The notes under the pieces: generated by a model
What the model was told of the DNA's origin: nothing
Seen by the model: the letters and a program-made list of their open reading frames with translations, nothing else
The model's database searches: none
DNA from: Lingula anatina
Lineage: Eukaryota > Animalia > Brachiopoda
Assembly: GCA_051362555.1 (NCBI GenBank)
Contig: CM120640.1
Location: 23,298,225-23,362,224 of the forward strand
Direction of reading: 5' to 3'
DNA length: 64,000 nucleotides
Position numbers and translations under genes: made by a program
Shown here: positions 27,444 to 39,900 of the stretch, piece by piece
Numbering within the stretch: position 1 is the stretch's first letter
Layout of the letters: each line of letters starts with the position of its first letter

Positions 27444-27446
<3 letters not shown>

Positions 27447-27537
<91 letters not shown>
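27447..27537. repeat. Compound (CA)n(GA)n microsatellite
   Basis: An AC run followed directly by an AG run. Confidence 0.95.
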
Positions 27538-27541
<4 letters not shown>

Positions 27542-29258
27542 CCATAGCACGATTACGTAGCAGGAATAGTCTCCCACAGCATAATGCAAATACATGTAAT
27601 ATTTCAGTACCAGATGTATTTTTTTTATTTACAATTACCTTTGTTCATTTTAATATACAGCAAAATGATTTACTTAGTTTGCATATGGCATCAATCACAC
27701 GTAGATAGAACCGTTCCATTTGGGGTAGACTGCAGGAAGAAATTTTCGCCAATGCAACAAAGAAACGACTAAGGCATATAGGTAAAAGCAAAATACAGTG
27801 TAAACGCCATTTTTCGAATCACCAGCTCGAATGTCATTTCAATATAAGCTTCCTTTGTTTCAAATCAACCGGCGAGCTTTGCTCTTTTTAATGTTAAACA
27901 AAGTGAATTTTGCAAAAGATAATGATTTCCCTGTTCTCAAGAGAACATTTATAGCCACTGGGATTGATAACACTCACAGAGTCTTCTGAGAGCTTTAGGA
28001 ATGTCATAACTGATAAAAAAGCCTTGTGACATTTCTGGGTAATGGGCTAAAAGAATGTAACTTAAGAATCAATTTAAATAATCAGGGACTGAGTTACAGC
28101 ATTCTTTTTCGCATCCGCGTGTCTACTGTATCTACGTGTTTCATTGTCGTTGTTGGAATAAAACAAACGTGAAACAGATGTGACCCATCGCCGACTGCTT
28201 TATTCTAGCGATGTTTTATTAAAAAAGAAAGGCGTTGAAGTTCAAGTAGGGCCTAAATGAGTGACCTTTCCCATAATGAAGGAGGAAATGATTCACCAAA
28301 GAGTCGTAATCAGCAAGTGAACAATGCCAAGCCATTATCTGTATTGTGAATACATGTAAGACAACATGTTAGCCATCTTACTATTACAGCACAATACTGA
28401 TCATCTTTGGAACCCTGCCTGATATTAAATACAGATGGCGAAATCGGGATATTAATGAAACATTCTGTAGAGCAATAAGACAAATTGATCCTTAAATCTG
28501 GCAAAATGAGTGGCCTTTTCTCGGTGTTAAACAGCGCCAAGATTCTTCTTTTCTTTAAATTTGCTTGTAAATTACTAAGTACTATATGTGGAAAAGGGAT
28601 ATCGGTATACCTATATGAAAATATAAGATGTCTGAAAATGAATAATTGCCCTAACTTCCAAAATATTTATATAAGCTGTACGTCATATCTAAAATATCTG
28701 TTTCAATTATTTCTACAGATAAGACATTGGCTTATTGAACGATCAGATGGCACGAAATTGATTTATGCTATGTTTTCCTCAAAAGTCATCAAAAATCCAT
28801 CAAAAGTGAAAATTATTTCACGCAAATATGCCTTAACGATAACAAGTAATGTAGACTCAGCACTCAGTTTCAAAGGTAGACTGATAGTCATTGGGTTCAA
28901 GTCATGGTCCAGGAAATACGCTTCCATTACCATCTATAAATCTGTATGGAATCAGCTATGGATTACTTTTGGTGAGATTGAAAATCGGACATGCCCAAAT
29001 TCGAAAAATGATAAAAAAGATAAGCTATCCTGAAGATGATTAAGCTAAACACATATAAACGGCTTTTAGTAAAACAATCCCTTCTGTGCAATGCTTGTGC
29101 TCACATTTTGGATAACACAAATCTAATAAACCAAGTTGAACCCCTTGGGTAAACCCAATCTTGAAGCATCCCAGTTTAAGTTAGGCCGGCCCTTGCCAAC
29201 ATTGCACCAAGCTGTTAAGCGGGCTTTGATTATAGTATATAGCAAGTAGATTTATGTA

Positions 29259-29280
29259 GGGGGGGGGGGGGGGGGGGGGG
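29259..29280. repeat. poly(G) tract
   Basis: 22 consecutive G. Confidence 0.9.
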
Positions 29281-29531
29281 TCGGGAGGTAAGTTAAATGC
29301 GAAAACAAATAATTAATAATAAGGAATTTAGATTTACAGTTTTACCACTACTTGTACATTTGCGTAATTTTGCACAACTGTACTTGTTATCGCACGTCAG
29401 TATACTTCTTCGTCTGTCATTAGACGATAACTTACCCAATTAATTTTTGGGTGCAATGTATGATAAAGTCTCTCAGCAGTTTAATCATTCTTATTACCCC
29501 AATAAAACTTATCTGGCGGGAAACATCCTTG

Positions 29532-29535
<4 letters not shown>

Positions 29536-29572
<37 letters not shown>
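29536..29572. repeat. (CA)n microsatellite
   Basis: Uninterrupted AC run. Confidence 0.95.
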
Positions 29573-29575
<3 letters not shown>

Positions 29576-30897
29576 TACTACACTAACAGGCTCAAAACAA
29601 ATAGATAACAGATTCTTAAAACCATCCTAAGCCCAATCCCAATTGAGCATACTGCATCGTCAACGGTAAAAGGTTGCTCAAAGTGTGATATGTAGGTCAG
29701 CTGTGGTTGTCTTGTATCTTTATCCAGATAAGCAGGTAGACAGCAGTGCTGTTAGTTTTGCTGTTTGTTTAAATGAAAAACATAAGCATACTTTTTCAAA
29801 CGAATAGTCTACCTTCATATTAAAGTAAATAATCCTTCAAGAATACTTAGAATCGATTTACTTAAAAAAAATGCTATTACCTATTTGCAACAAAATGCAA
29901 TAGGCCAAATCTTCAAATTCCAAATGGTCACTTCAGTCATTTATCAAATAATTTTAATTTTTTTATAATACTGTCACCAAATTATGATTAACTAGAGGAA
30001 AGAAACATGACTAAAATACTGAAAACACTGAAAAACATTGAACTTTATGTCATAATGGAAACTACATCTGCCTGTCAGTGGTGGTAAGTCCATATAACAA
30101 ATGGGGGTCACCTTGGGTTTTTTTTTTAATATCCAAAGAAACAAAGATATGTGTTGTAGGAGTAAATAGGATATATAAACCACTGAGAAAAAAACCGACA
30201 GTGCACAAAATACGGAAAAAAAAGCTTAAGCCACCTGACTACATAGCGAAAACCAACAGATAATTTGCCCAAAGGCTCAAACTAATGTTTACTACTTTAA
30301 ATGTTTCTGCAACTGGCATTTGTTGTTTAAGAAGTGGAGCAACTGTTTTCATTCCTCATAATCTTATAGCAACGGTGCGTCAGTGTTTAGCGAAAAGATT
30401 GAAACCGCCTGAAGATCCTGATTAAAACGCCCTCTTTTTGATACATGGGTTAGAACAATGCTTTATTACCTGAATAAATACATACTGCATAATGTTATTT
30501 CTTATTTCATAAAGGGCAAGGATAAGGAAAGAATTGAGATTTTATCAAAATGGATCAAATATGAGATGGGTAGTTTTTAACACCTTGTTCATATAGCTAG
30601 GCCAATGGTGTGGGAACTTCACCAGATACCCATTCGTTATGGGTCAACGATTCTAGATAACCGATAAATAGGATTCTGATAGAGTATACACCATAAAATA
30701 AGTACAGATAAAGGTTATTACTAAAAAAAGAGGTAAAGGGGCTTTTATGAAATTATATTGCCCTCGTGGAACTTCAAAACGTCTCCCAAGATACCATGTT
30801 ATATCGCTGACTTTTATATGCTGACCTTCACAAAATGGTAGAAAATAGTAGAAAATAATAGAAAATGGTAGCAAACGTAAAACAAGGCCCCGGCTTT

Positions 30898-30916
30898 ACA
30901 CACACACACACACACA

Positions 30917-30994
<78 letters not shown>
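30898..30994. repeat. Compound (CA)n(GA)n microsatellite
   Basis: An AC run with one interruption, followed directly by an AG run. Confidence 0.95.
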
Positions 30995-30998
<4 letters not shown>

Positions 30999-33900
30999 AG
31001 TCAGAACTTAATTACCAATGTTACATGGTCACATGGGCACATATTACCCTATCAGGAGCAGTGTAAGAGAACTCTCATGGAAATGCTAGTCAACTAAGCC
31101 AGGGAACTGACTTCTTTTGTGTGTGTGTGTGTGTGTGCGCGTGTGCGTGTGTGAAACTGGGGCCAGGGCATGAAGTTTCGTTTACTCGTAACCAAGTGTG
31201 ATTGTACACGCGGGTGCAACATCAAATACAAGGAATATCTGCACATCAAGTAACAGGTTATAATCTCGACACAACACATGTTTGTATATGAAAAGCCTAG
31301 GATGAGTGCAATTCTAATCCCCATAGAATACAATCAAATCACAGCTCCTTTTAAGCTACCCGTAAAAAGAAAATGACCAACTACTAAACCTAAATAATCG
31401 ATTGAGCACCTAACCGTGGTGGATCTTTAAAACAACGAATCTTTAAGGCCACAAAATATGTACACAGGTTAAGTATTAAAGCACTTTTGAAGTAACATTT
31501 AAATTCCACTCAAAGTATAAACGCACTGCCGATAAGCTTGTTCCATCAATGTTGTTAGTGATTCTATGTAGATTATTATTACATTTCTTTGCTTTTTCCT
31601 CAGTATTTCGGTTTTGTTTCTTATGTCAACTTAATTTCTTTCTTTCTGCTTTCACATGATGCCTGTTTGTTGAAAAAGAAAAAAAAAAGATATTAAAGAA
31701 CCAGGCATCATAATGTTCATAAAAAACAACAGCTTGACAAGGTTGCCTAGATCGATTCCTAGAAACAGCAATAGCAATAGAATAATGCCAAATCATCTGA
31801 GCACGAGTTAAAATGATTTGTGCTGTATACAAAAAATGACATATAGTGATTAATGATTACATTAACGAGACTGAGACAGAGCGTGCGAATTAAGTTTCAT
31901 TCCTCCTGACATGCATGAAAACCTGGATAGATTTGAAACAAAACGATTCTCCCAATTACCCAATGTTGAATAACATTTATCTTGTTAAGGCCACACTTTT
32001 TTATTTTTTTTTGGATGACATCCTCTGGGTACCCCAAAATCGGTGCGAGAGGGCGAACAAAAAAAAACAGTCCAAAAAAAAAAAAAACTGCTTAAGTAAA
32101 GGAATGCTGTCAGTACACAGCTGGAAACACAAATTTAACCACAGAAACACGTATCAAACTAACAATATGTCTTTATCCATGCTTTCAAAATATTAAAGCA
32201 TTGTGAATACTTCGTAGAAATGTAAAAAAAAAGGTCATGAACTGATATACTTCATATTACCAAATCTATTTAAGGTTATTTCATGCATTCATTTGGTATA
32301 GCAATCAATAAAACAAATATCAATCAAACAGTGTCTTTATTTGTATTCTCAGAATATTAAAACATTTTGAACACTTCACAGAAATGTTTAAAAAATGATG
32401 CAAAGATATGCTTAATACTACCAAATCTATTAAAGGTCATTTCAGACGATGCCATTTTGTCAACTTCAACTCACACGAAGCTGCGAAACTGTCAGGTGGC
32501 CTGTCCGACCTTCAGCCCACCAAATACCTCGACGCCCTTGTCGACCCTTTTTTCGCTACAGAAAACCTGGTATTAATGTGCTGCTTTATACAGAATGTCA
32601 CAGAAATGTTTCGGCCGCCGCCAGCCTTTCGCACAATTGTAAAAAGGGGATATCTCCATGCCCAATATCAATAGCATACCAATCCAAAACGATGGCGCCC
32701 GTTCTCTTTATGACTTTTATTGTTGTGTAATTTGAAAGTAATCCTAGAGATGAATTTGACAGCAAAGTGGCCGCATTTCCACGTGGCGAAAATACGCATG
32801 CGCAGAAAGCTCATTTCCTTGCAACTTCAATAACAACGTTTGCGACAACCGACTTCGTTGGGGGCTGGGGGGGGGGCTTTTTTTTTTTTTTTGGAGAACG
32901 GGCGAAAATCCGTGCGCGCGCAGGATGTCACCCATAAAATTAAAAAAGTGTGGCCTAATAGGGAAAGTAGAAATAGAACAGGCTTAACGAGGATTTGTGT
33001 GGTTCTCCCCAGATTAAAGTTCCTTCCGCTTAAGTTAGACTCTTATCAACAACGCCACACATTGTCATAGAAAAATTAAAGGTGTATTAAAGACGGGACC
33101 TAAATTCGTTTACATCAAGCATCATCTGTCAACAATTTCTCACGTTTTATACAGCCACCTATATGATAAAGTACCTTGCAACAAGATTATATTTACGACT
33201 ATTAATATGAATTTAGCACATAAAAAATGACGTTTTGCAGTTGCAATGATTAGGCAAATGAAAGATTTATGTCGTGCAATCACTGTTCACTATTAAGTCT
33301 ATCATCATCACACGCCCCAGAGGTTGCTATCGATCGACTCGGGCATCTTTATAAACAGCAACATGTTTTTCGCTTAATTGCTGAATAATCAGGTTAGTTT
33401 GAAGTGGTTATCCGTGCGTTAACTCAAAGATAAGACAAAAGGAAAAGTCCTCTTGTATAATAACTCGGTGTTTGGCGACAGTTTTATGAATATATTTTTT
33501 TTTGAAACATCGACTGCAAATAAAAGAAACAACCAAACTGTATGTAACGCAGAATGTAAACAGTAAAACACAATCAAAATTATAACTCATCTTATATTTA
33601 CATTCGGGCAAGAAATGGGATAGAATTCGTAACACCTGGAAACAGGTCGAAAGACGTTTCATTGTTTTATGAGTGAATATAAAGAGTTGTTATAGATACT
33701 TGTTGGTTAACCGAAATTCAAAACGCTGGCCATTAGAGTAGCAAAATAGATAATAAAATATCGTGTATGAGTACGGAAACATGGTTAATAGTGCATTTAT
33801 CTTTTTTGTTTTTCTCCTGTGCTGGTGTAGTGGAAATGCATCGCGTTTTTGTGTTGTTTGCGGAATGAAAAACTTTGTGTTGCATATCTTTTTCATAGAG

Positions 33901-35188
33901 AAACCAGATCTTGTTGCATTGCTTACGTGTCAATGATCAAGGTCTATCCATGAACTTTTAGCTTTTGAAAATAACAACGAATCACCATTTTTAACCTCAT
34001 TATTGGTTTTATAACTTAGAATTTATCTTAAAGCTTTATTTTAGTACTACATCTTTATACTTTTATACATATACATTCAATATATGTCTTATATATTGCA
34101 AAGAACACAATACACCTTTACCTTTACCTTATATAAATACTTGAATGTAATGCAGTTACATGCTGTACCGTTCTGCGCATGCCTCCCTCTGGACAGAGCT
34201 GTAAAATGTTATGCAATATGCCTGTCCATAAAACATGCGCCCAGTGGCGTAATTGTGAGTTTAGAGAAGAAATGCATTGTAGTGGATATTTTGCGTTAAG
34301 TGTATACAGAGATTTTCTTTACTAAAATGGTTTGCCTTAATTCTGACAACGCAGGAGAAGCTATAGTGTTGGCAAAGTATAATCAAAGCCTCGAAAATCC
34401 CAAGACAACACACATTAGTTTTCTTTTCTTTATTCTTGGTGTCACAAGCTATCCCCTCAACGAATGCTACTAAGGACACATTTTACCCTTTGTTCTCAGC
34501 TCGATTCATTTTAATTTTCAGTAGGGACATACAATAACTATTCCACTGATAATAATTTATAGGCGCATGGATGTTTATTACAAATGAGATCAAAGTATCG
34601 TAACAGTTCGATAAACAATACAAAGAAAATTATGTCAGAAATTATTGAATCTATCGTATATCATTCGCTATCAATTCCAGCAAATCGCAACGAGTCTTAC
34701 CTTTTGTAATTAATCTTTGACAGACACAGAACATATTCTGACAATGTATAATTGATGACAAGTTGATGCTGAAAAGAATCCGCAATCTTTCTGAAAGCGA
34801 AAAAGAATTTGGCCAGAAATAATAATCAGCACTTATCTTAGATCTATTCTTTTAAGCAATTAAAAGGGATGACCGTACATATGGTATAATATACATCTAT
34901 AACCAAAAGGTAATGTACATCATTTGCCTTTAACTTTTCATCAAACGCAAACAGTATTGTCTGGTAAAATCCGTCACTGCAATTGTTACATCGATGAAGC
35001 ATATTTATTACTATTGTCAATTTTGCTTCCTGCAAGTTTTTTTTTATAAATCTTTAGAAATATAGCATTTACACAATATAAAAACCAATGATAATGAGCC
35101 TTGTAAACTCAACTCCTACTTCAAGTGCGTGAGCTATAAAAAGCATTTTTCAAAGCCATCTTTAAAGTTCTCCGCTTCTGTTAGATCC

Positions 35189-36433
35189 TCACACTTTCGT
35201 GTTCTGCGTTGTGCTGCCCAGTGTTCGTCCACTGCTAGTGTCATTTACCGACCGAATCCTCTGAAAACGCCCCTTAAATACATAAGAACGGTTTTTCTTT
35301 TCCCTGAACAACTTCTTCAATTGCCGTCTAAATTTGGTCCCAGTAAGAGAGTATATAATGATATTACAAGCATGCTGGGACAAACCGATTTCTTCAACTA
35401 TCTTCCTGACAGTGATATACGTAAAATAAGACTGCCAATTTTTATCCAGGGCAATGTCAGTGTCAGCTAGGCAGGTGTCCCCTGGTATAACTAGAGAATA
35501 CATAGCATATACAAGTGTCGCCGGGAGAGTTGTGAAGATAACGAAAAAAGAAACTGAAAGTAACATAATAGTTGATGATGCTTTGGCGTCGGCTAAATAC
35601 GCCATGCCATTAACTGCTGTGCGTTTGTGTATCATGCGCGTGAAGCTTGTGGACACAGGTCCTTCTAGTGAAACTTTCCAGATAGTTCTCACAACACATA
35701 AATTTAGGCACAAGATAAAAAGTGGTACAACAGCAAACACAATCATTTCGGTCACCCATGTCCAAATCTTTTCGAAAGACATGTCTTCTCCTTGGAGAGC
35801 TTCGGGTCGCATCTCGCACTGAGAGTTATCCCCATTGTAGTACCAAAGGTACCCTTGGAGGCTACACAGAGAGAAAGCAATGAACACTAATATGCAAATA
35901 TTTCTAACAGCCTGGGCCCCAGTGCAGTATTTAGCCACTCTGAACGGGAAACACACGGCTATAAACCGTTCCACCGTGAACCCTAGCACCAAGAAAGGCA
36001 GGAGATATTGAAAAGTATAGTAACACACCATAAACGCTTCACACACGACGGGAAAGTCTATAGTGCCGATTCCCCATGCTATTTTCATCTCCATGATCAC
36101 GTGGAATAACAGAAAACAGAAGTCCGACAGAGCAAGGGCAGCCAAATAGTTAGCAGCACTGTTTTTTCTCCGCATGCATCGCTGGGACCATATAGTGAAG
36201 GAGACAGCGTTCCCTCCTATACCTATTATGTACCATATAGGTGACACAATACGATCTGTGAGAAGCGCATACGGAGCAAAGGTGGACAGTATTTCGAACC
36301 ATCCATGGCGCTCGAATAGATCAAGGCCGCACGCTGAAACATTTCTTGGATCTTGGCAGAGGCAAGATGACGACTGAGATTCATTCATCTGTGCACTTAT
36401 ATTTGGCAGCAAACCAGTGTTTCGACTCTGCAT
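35189..36433 (-). CDS. Class A GPCR, FMRFamide-receptor-like/Srw-like orphan receptor, paralog 3 (414 aa, intronless CDS)
   Basis: Seven TM segments with GIGGN, YLAALALSD, VCE, ERF-IAVCFPF, TLPATLVY and ACNIIIYSLTGTKFR. N-terminal N-glycosylation sequons (NIS, NES, NVS). The true start could be the second Met (MNES). Confidence 0.93.
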   Translation of the reverse strand: MQSRNTGLLPNISAQMNESQSSSCLCQDPRNVSACGLDLFERHGWFEILSTFAPYALLTDRIVSPIWYIIGIGGNAVSFTIWSQRCMRRKNSAANYLAALALSDFCFLLFHVIMEMKIAWGIGTIDFPVVCEAFMVCYYTFQYLLPFLVLGFTVERFIAVCFPFRVAKYCTGAQAVRNICILVFIAFSLCSLQGYLWYYNGDNSQCEMRPEALQGEDMSFEKIWTWVTEMIVFAVVPLFILCLNLCVVRTIWKVSLEGPVSTSFTRMIHKRTAVNGMAYLADAKASSTIMLLSVSFFVIFTTLPATLVYAMYSLVIPGDTCLADTDIALDKNWQSYFTYITVRKIVEEIGLSQHACNIIIYSLTGTKFRRQLKKLFREKKNRSYVFKGRFQRIRSVNDTSSGRTLGSTTQNTKV

Positions 36434-36938
36434 TTCCTACACTTGAATTCAAGGTTCTTGTTTCAGAAAAGTTGCTTCTCACACCCAGAGGTTCGATACT
36501 GCGTCTAAGGCAAAGCGTTAGATAGCGTAACGTTACGCTTTGAAATATCGATTTTCAAAATGTCACAAGAATGCTACAAACTAAATCATCACCATTATGA
36601 AGAATCCTCCTGCCAATGTACGGTGACGGAATTCACCGGAGGCCTAATTGATCCCTACGTTCCACAATTTATCCCACGCTTATATCCAAGAAAAGCGAAG
36701 ACAAAATGAAAATAAATGGGAAAAGAAATAAATGTCAACATCTGTCACGTAGAAACAGTTCAGTCAGAAGCTGCCGATACCAGGAAAAGTGTCTGCTAAA
36801 TGGCATTACGTTATTACGGTCATACATCTCTTTGTGTTTTTACAAAAGAATCTTATTTTTAGACGCGCTTTCACTGCCAGTCCGCCAAACACGTCTTTTA
36901 GTTTTACTTCAGTACAAATCACTCATCTTCCATGCAAC

Positions 36939-36963
36939 TCTGCAAAAAAGAAGAGAAAACAAC
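36939..36963 (-). promoter_or_regulatory. Putative 3' splice acceptor in the 5' UTR of GPCR paralog 3
   Basis: On the minus strand, a polypyrimidine tract (GTTGTTTTCTCTTC then a T run) ends in GCAG|A about 500 nt upstream of the ATG. Confidence 0.45.
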
Positions 36964-39900
36964 GTAAAACTCTCGTTAATCTTAGAAACCTGTGCAACGC
37001 ATCACAAGCATTCAACCATCTACGCTAATGGGGTGTTCCTGATTAAGAAACACATGATGAGAAGTTATACAACCTGTTGGCCTGAAACACAATGAATTTG
37101 GCATAACCAAGATAAATTCCGAAATTGAAAACACACGGAGTAACGTTTGACTACGTCCTAACAAAATACATTTTCACGTGCACCTACTTTTCCTGCATCA
37201 CATGTTGCTATCAGCTAAGCAACTAAATGGATGTAAATATCACAACGCACGTGATATAATGTTTTCCCGTTCCCCTGGGGTCTATATTATAAACCGGATG
37301 ATTACTTTCAGGAGATGATAAATGTTTGCTTTAACATATGCATACTTTTTAACCCTTGATAAAATTCCCATGAAATTGCGTACAACATTAATCATATTCG
37401 AAACTAATTTGTCCTTTTACATCATCTCACTTACACATCGACTGCATTTTTCGCATTTTCGATTAAGTTGTAGAAATTAACTTGAAAATAGCGTCGTGGT
37501 CTTATGGGGCAATTTTGACAGATCGGGAAATTGTGTGAAAGATTTGTGTAGGAATAGGAGAGAAAAAAGTGTAAAAATACAAAACTTTTAACACGGGAGG
37601 GAGCGAAAGTTTAGAAATCCTGTATATGTATACATATATACATATTCCTTTGTAACACGGTTAAGTGTACATAAAGATGCATATAAATATGAACCGTTTT
37701 CAAAGTCACTGTAAAGAACCTATTGGAAATTTACCCTAACTTTGGCATTTGCTCAATTGGCCTTGAGATAGATTGCAAACTTGACATATTGCCTTTCATA
37801 ATCAACCTCCAATGGATTTCAGTAACGAGCCAAAGCAGGCATAAACCAAAGCAATGAAAAGGTTTAAAAAAGAAACCACGATAGACGATCTTTAGAAAGA
37901 TTAAATGTATTGTTAAGTCGATTAAAAAAAAACAATGAATAGTAGAATATACAATTAATGAAATAAATAATGAAATAGATAAGCATGCTGTAAGTGCATT
38001 TGCAATCAAGTGGCTTCAGGTATGAAATCATTCATCGAGGTGTCGAAACGAAAGCGTTAATTAAAGTGTATGTTCATATGTATGTAATGTAAGAACAAAT
38101 GTAACTTCAACTGCTTTCAACGAGATACAAATCATGAGTTAACCTGACGTTAGCATCCTAAAATGAATATGACAGAACGTTTCTTATCGCTGTCCCTGAC
38201 CACCTAAATAAAGTCTCATATACCATTCTCTAGGAATAATATAATAGTTATTCCTGAACTTTCTGGCTTTTCTACAATGTATCATTTCATTCTCGTTCTA
38301 ACGTTTAAGGTCTCTGATCTTTTATTCATTTCACTTACATCATTTTAAAGTCAATTGTCGCTATTGAAATGGAACGCTTGATTTCAATGCTACTTGCAAT
38401 AAAGTATATTACCATAAAAATGCTTTACGGAGCAGAATCCAATACGACAGCTCTGTTTAATACGTGCACAGAATGGCTCTACCTTTCACTTTATCAGCTA
38501 TTCATACAATGTTTGATGATTGTCATTAAATGTCTTCCTGTTTAAGCTGTTAAATTTTTCATTTTGATAATGATCCCTGCTACCACTCAAGCCGTCGTTT
38601 GCAAAAACTACATAAATGCCCGTAATTGCTGTAAATGAAGCATAGTTTTTATACCTGGTTATATCAAATCGGTAATTTGGTGAAAATTACTGTTGCTTGT
38701 TTGGCAATAACGACGCCCCCTTCTTTTTACTAAGCAGTTTTTAAAGCGTAAGGCTAAATACATTTCATAATCTCAGCAGAAGACTGTCAGTAGTAATCTT
38801 CGACTACCGAGTGGCTTTGTTTTTTTATGGGACCAATTATATAAAAGTGACGGATAAGTTATATTACAGCGAGTATCGTCGGATATATATTGATAAATCA
38901 AATCGAAACTTATACTTACATTAATATATAGCCATTACTTCATCACTGACAATATGCAAAGATTCTCGTGTGACATCTGTCCACGTCAAAATGCATTCGA
39001 TGATGTCTTTGCTCTTTTTTTCTGATTTTTGTAAACAAGCATCCTGCTATTTTTCCCTTATGAAAAGTCCTACGTCATGCGTTTACGCATGTGCAAATGT
39101 AGAATAAGTTCTTTTTCACTATATATGTGACGTATGTTAAAAAAATTTTAAGCATTGCAAGAAGTTATGTTATTTCGATATTAACATTTAGACAAAGTAT
39201 TATTAACATGTGGTTAAAGGTATTCACCCCTGGAAAACAATGAAAATGAGATTACAATGTGGGCTGTAAAATTTTCTTCAGTAAAATAGGTTAATCAGGT
39301 CTCACTCTACACGAAACTTTTGGTCGAGGTTGAATTTAATTGACGTGGGTGTCAAAATATATTGATTCTACAAACAACTTCAGATCCTGTTTTATTTTTA
39401 ATTCCTTTATATCTTTAGTCTCTCTCTCTCTGGGTGTTTGTGTGCGCGCGTGTCTGCGTGCGTGTCTGCGTGCGTTTGGGTTCAAAGCCCGGATATTGGA
39501 TTTTTACGGGAGTTTATTTTTGGGAGAAACTGAACACTTTTAGCAGAGCCCCTTGAAATGAGCAAGTAAGAATTCGTTGAACTGGTCACTTTTCTGCTTT
39601 AACACTTCTTTCCTCCAATATCGAAAAGTGACCATTAAGAGGGTTCGATACGTTATAAAGGTCAACATTTGGCAAAATATGTTTTTTTCTGTTTTTCTGC
39701 ACAAAGGGTGACTAAGCGTTTGTCGTCTGATTACCCCTAATTATAATCAAACAAATGCATTATTTCGCCTCTTTTCTGATAAAATCATAAGTAAACCTTA
39801 GCACTGAATTCTAGAACTGTTGTTCAGTGAAAGAGATCTGTTTGAAATCAATGTGACAGTTTTCACCCAAAAACGCTGCCGTGGCGTCATTTAGTAAATC

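Noticed and set aside
28485-29033. 182-codon plus-strand ORF
   Set aside because: Non-ATG start in the track, no recognisable motif, no convincing exon context, and composition like AT-rich background. It cannot be supported without a homology search.
10080-36377. Short ORFs overlapping or antisense to the GPCRs (e.g. 10992-11318, 18965-19213, 35454-35822) that resemble each other
   Set aside because: These are shadow frames of the conserved GPCR coding strands.
10428-36510. Identical 13-mer ACTGCGTCTAAGG near the starts of GPCR 1 (10428) and GPCR 3 (36498)
   Set aside because: It is in opposite orientation relative to the two genes, and many 13-mer matches are expected by chance in 64 kb.
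36524-36539. Perfect 16-bp palindrome AGCGTAACGTTACGCT about 90 bp upstream of GPCR 3
   Set aside because: About one such palindrome is expected by chance in a window of this size, and it is not seen at the other paralogs.
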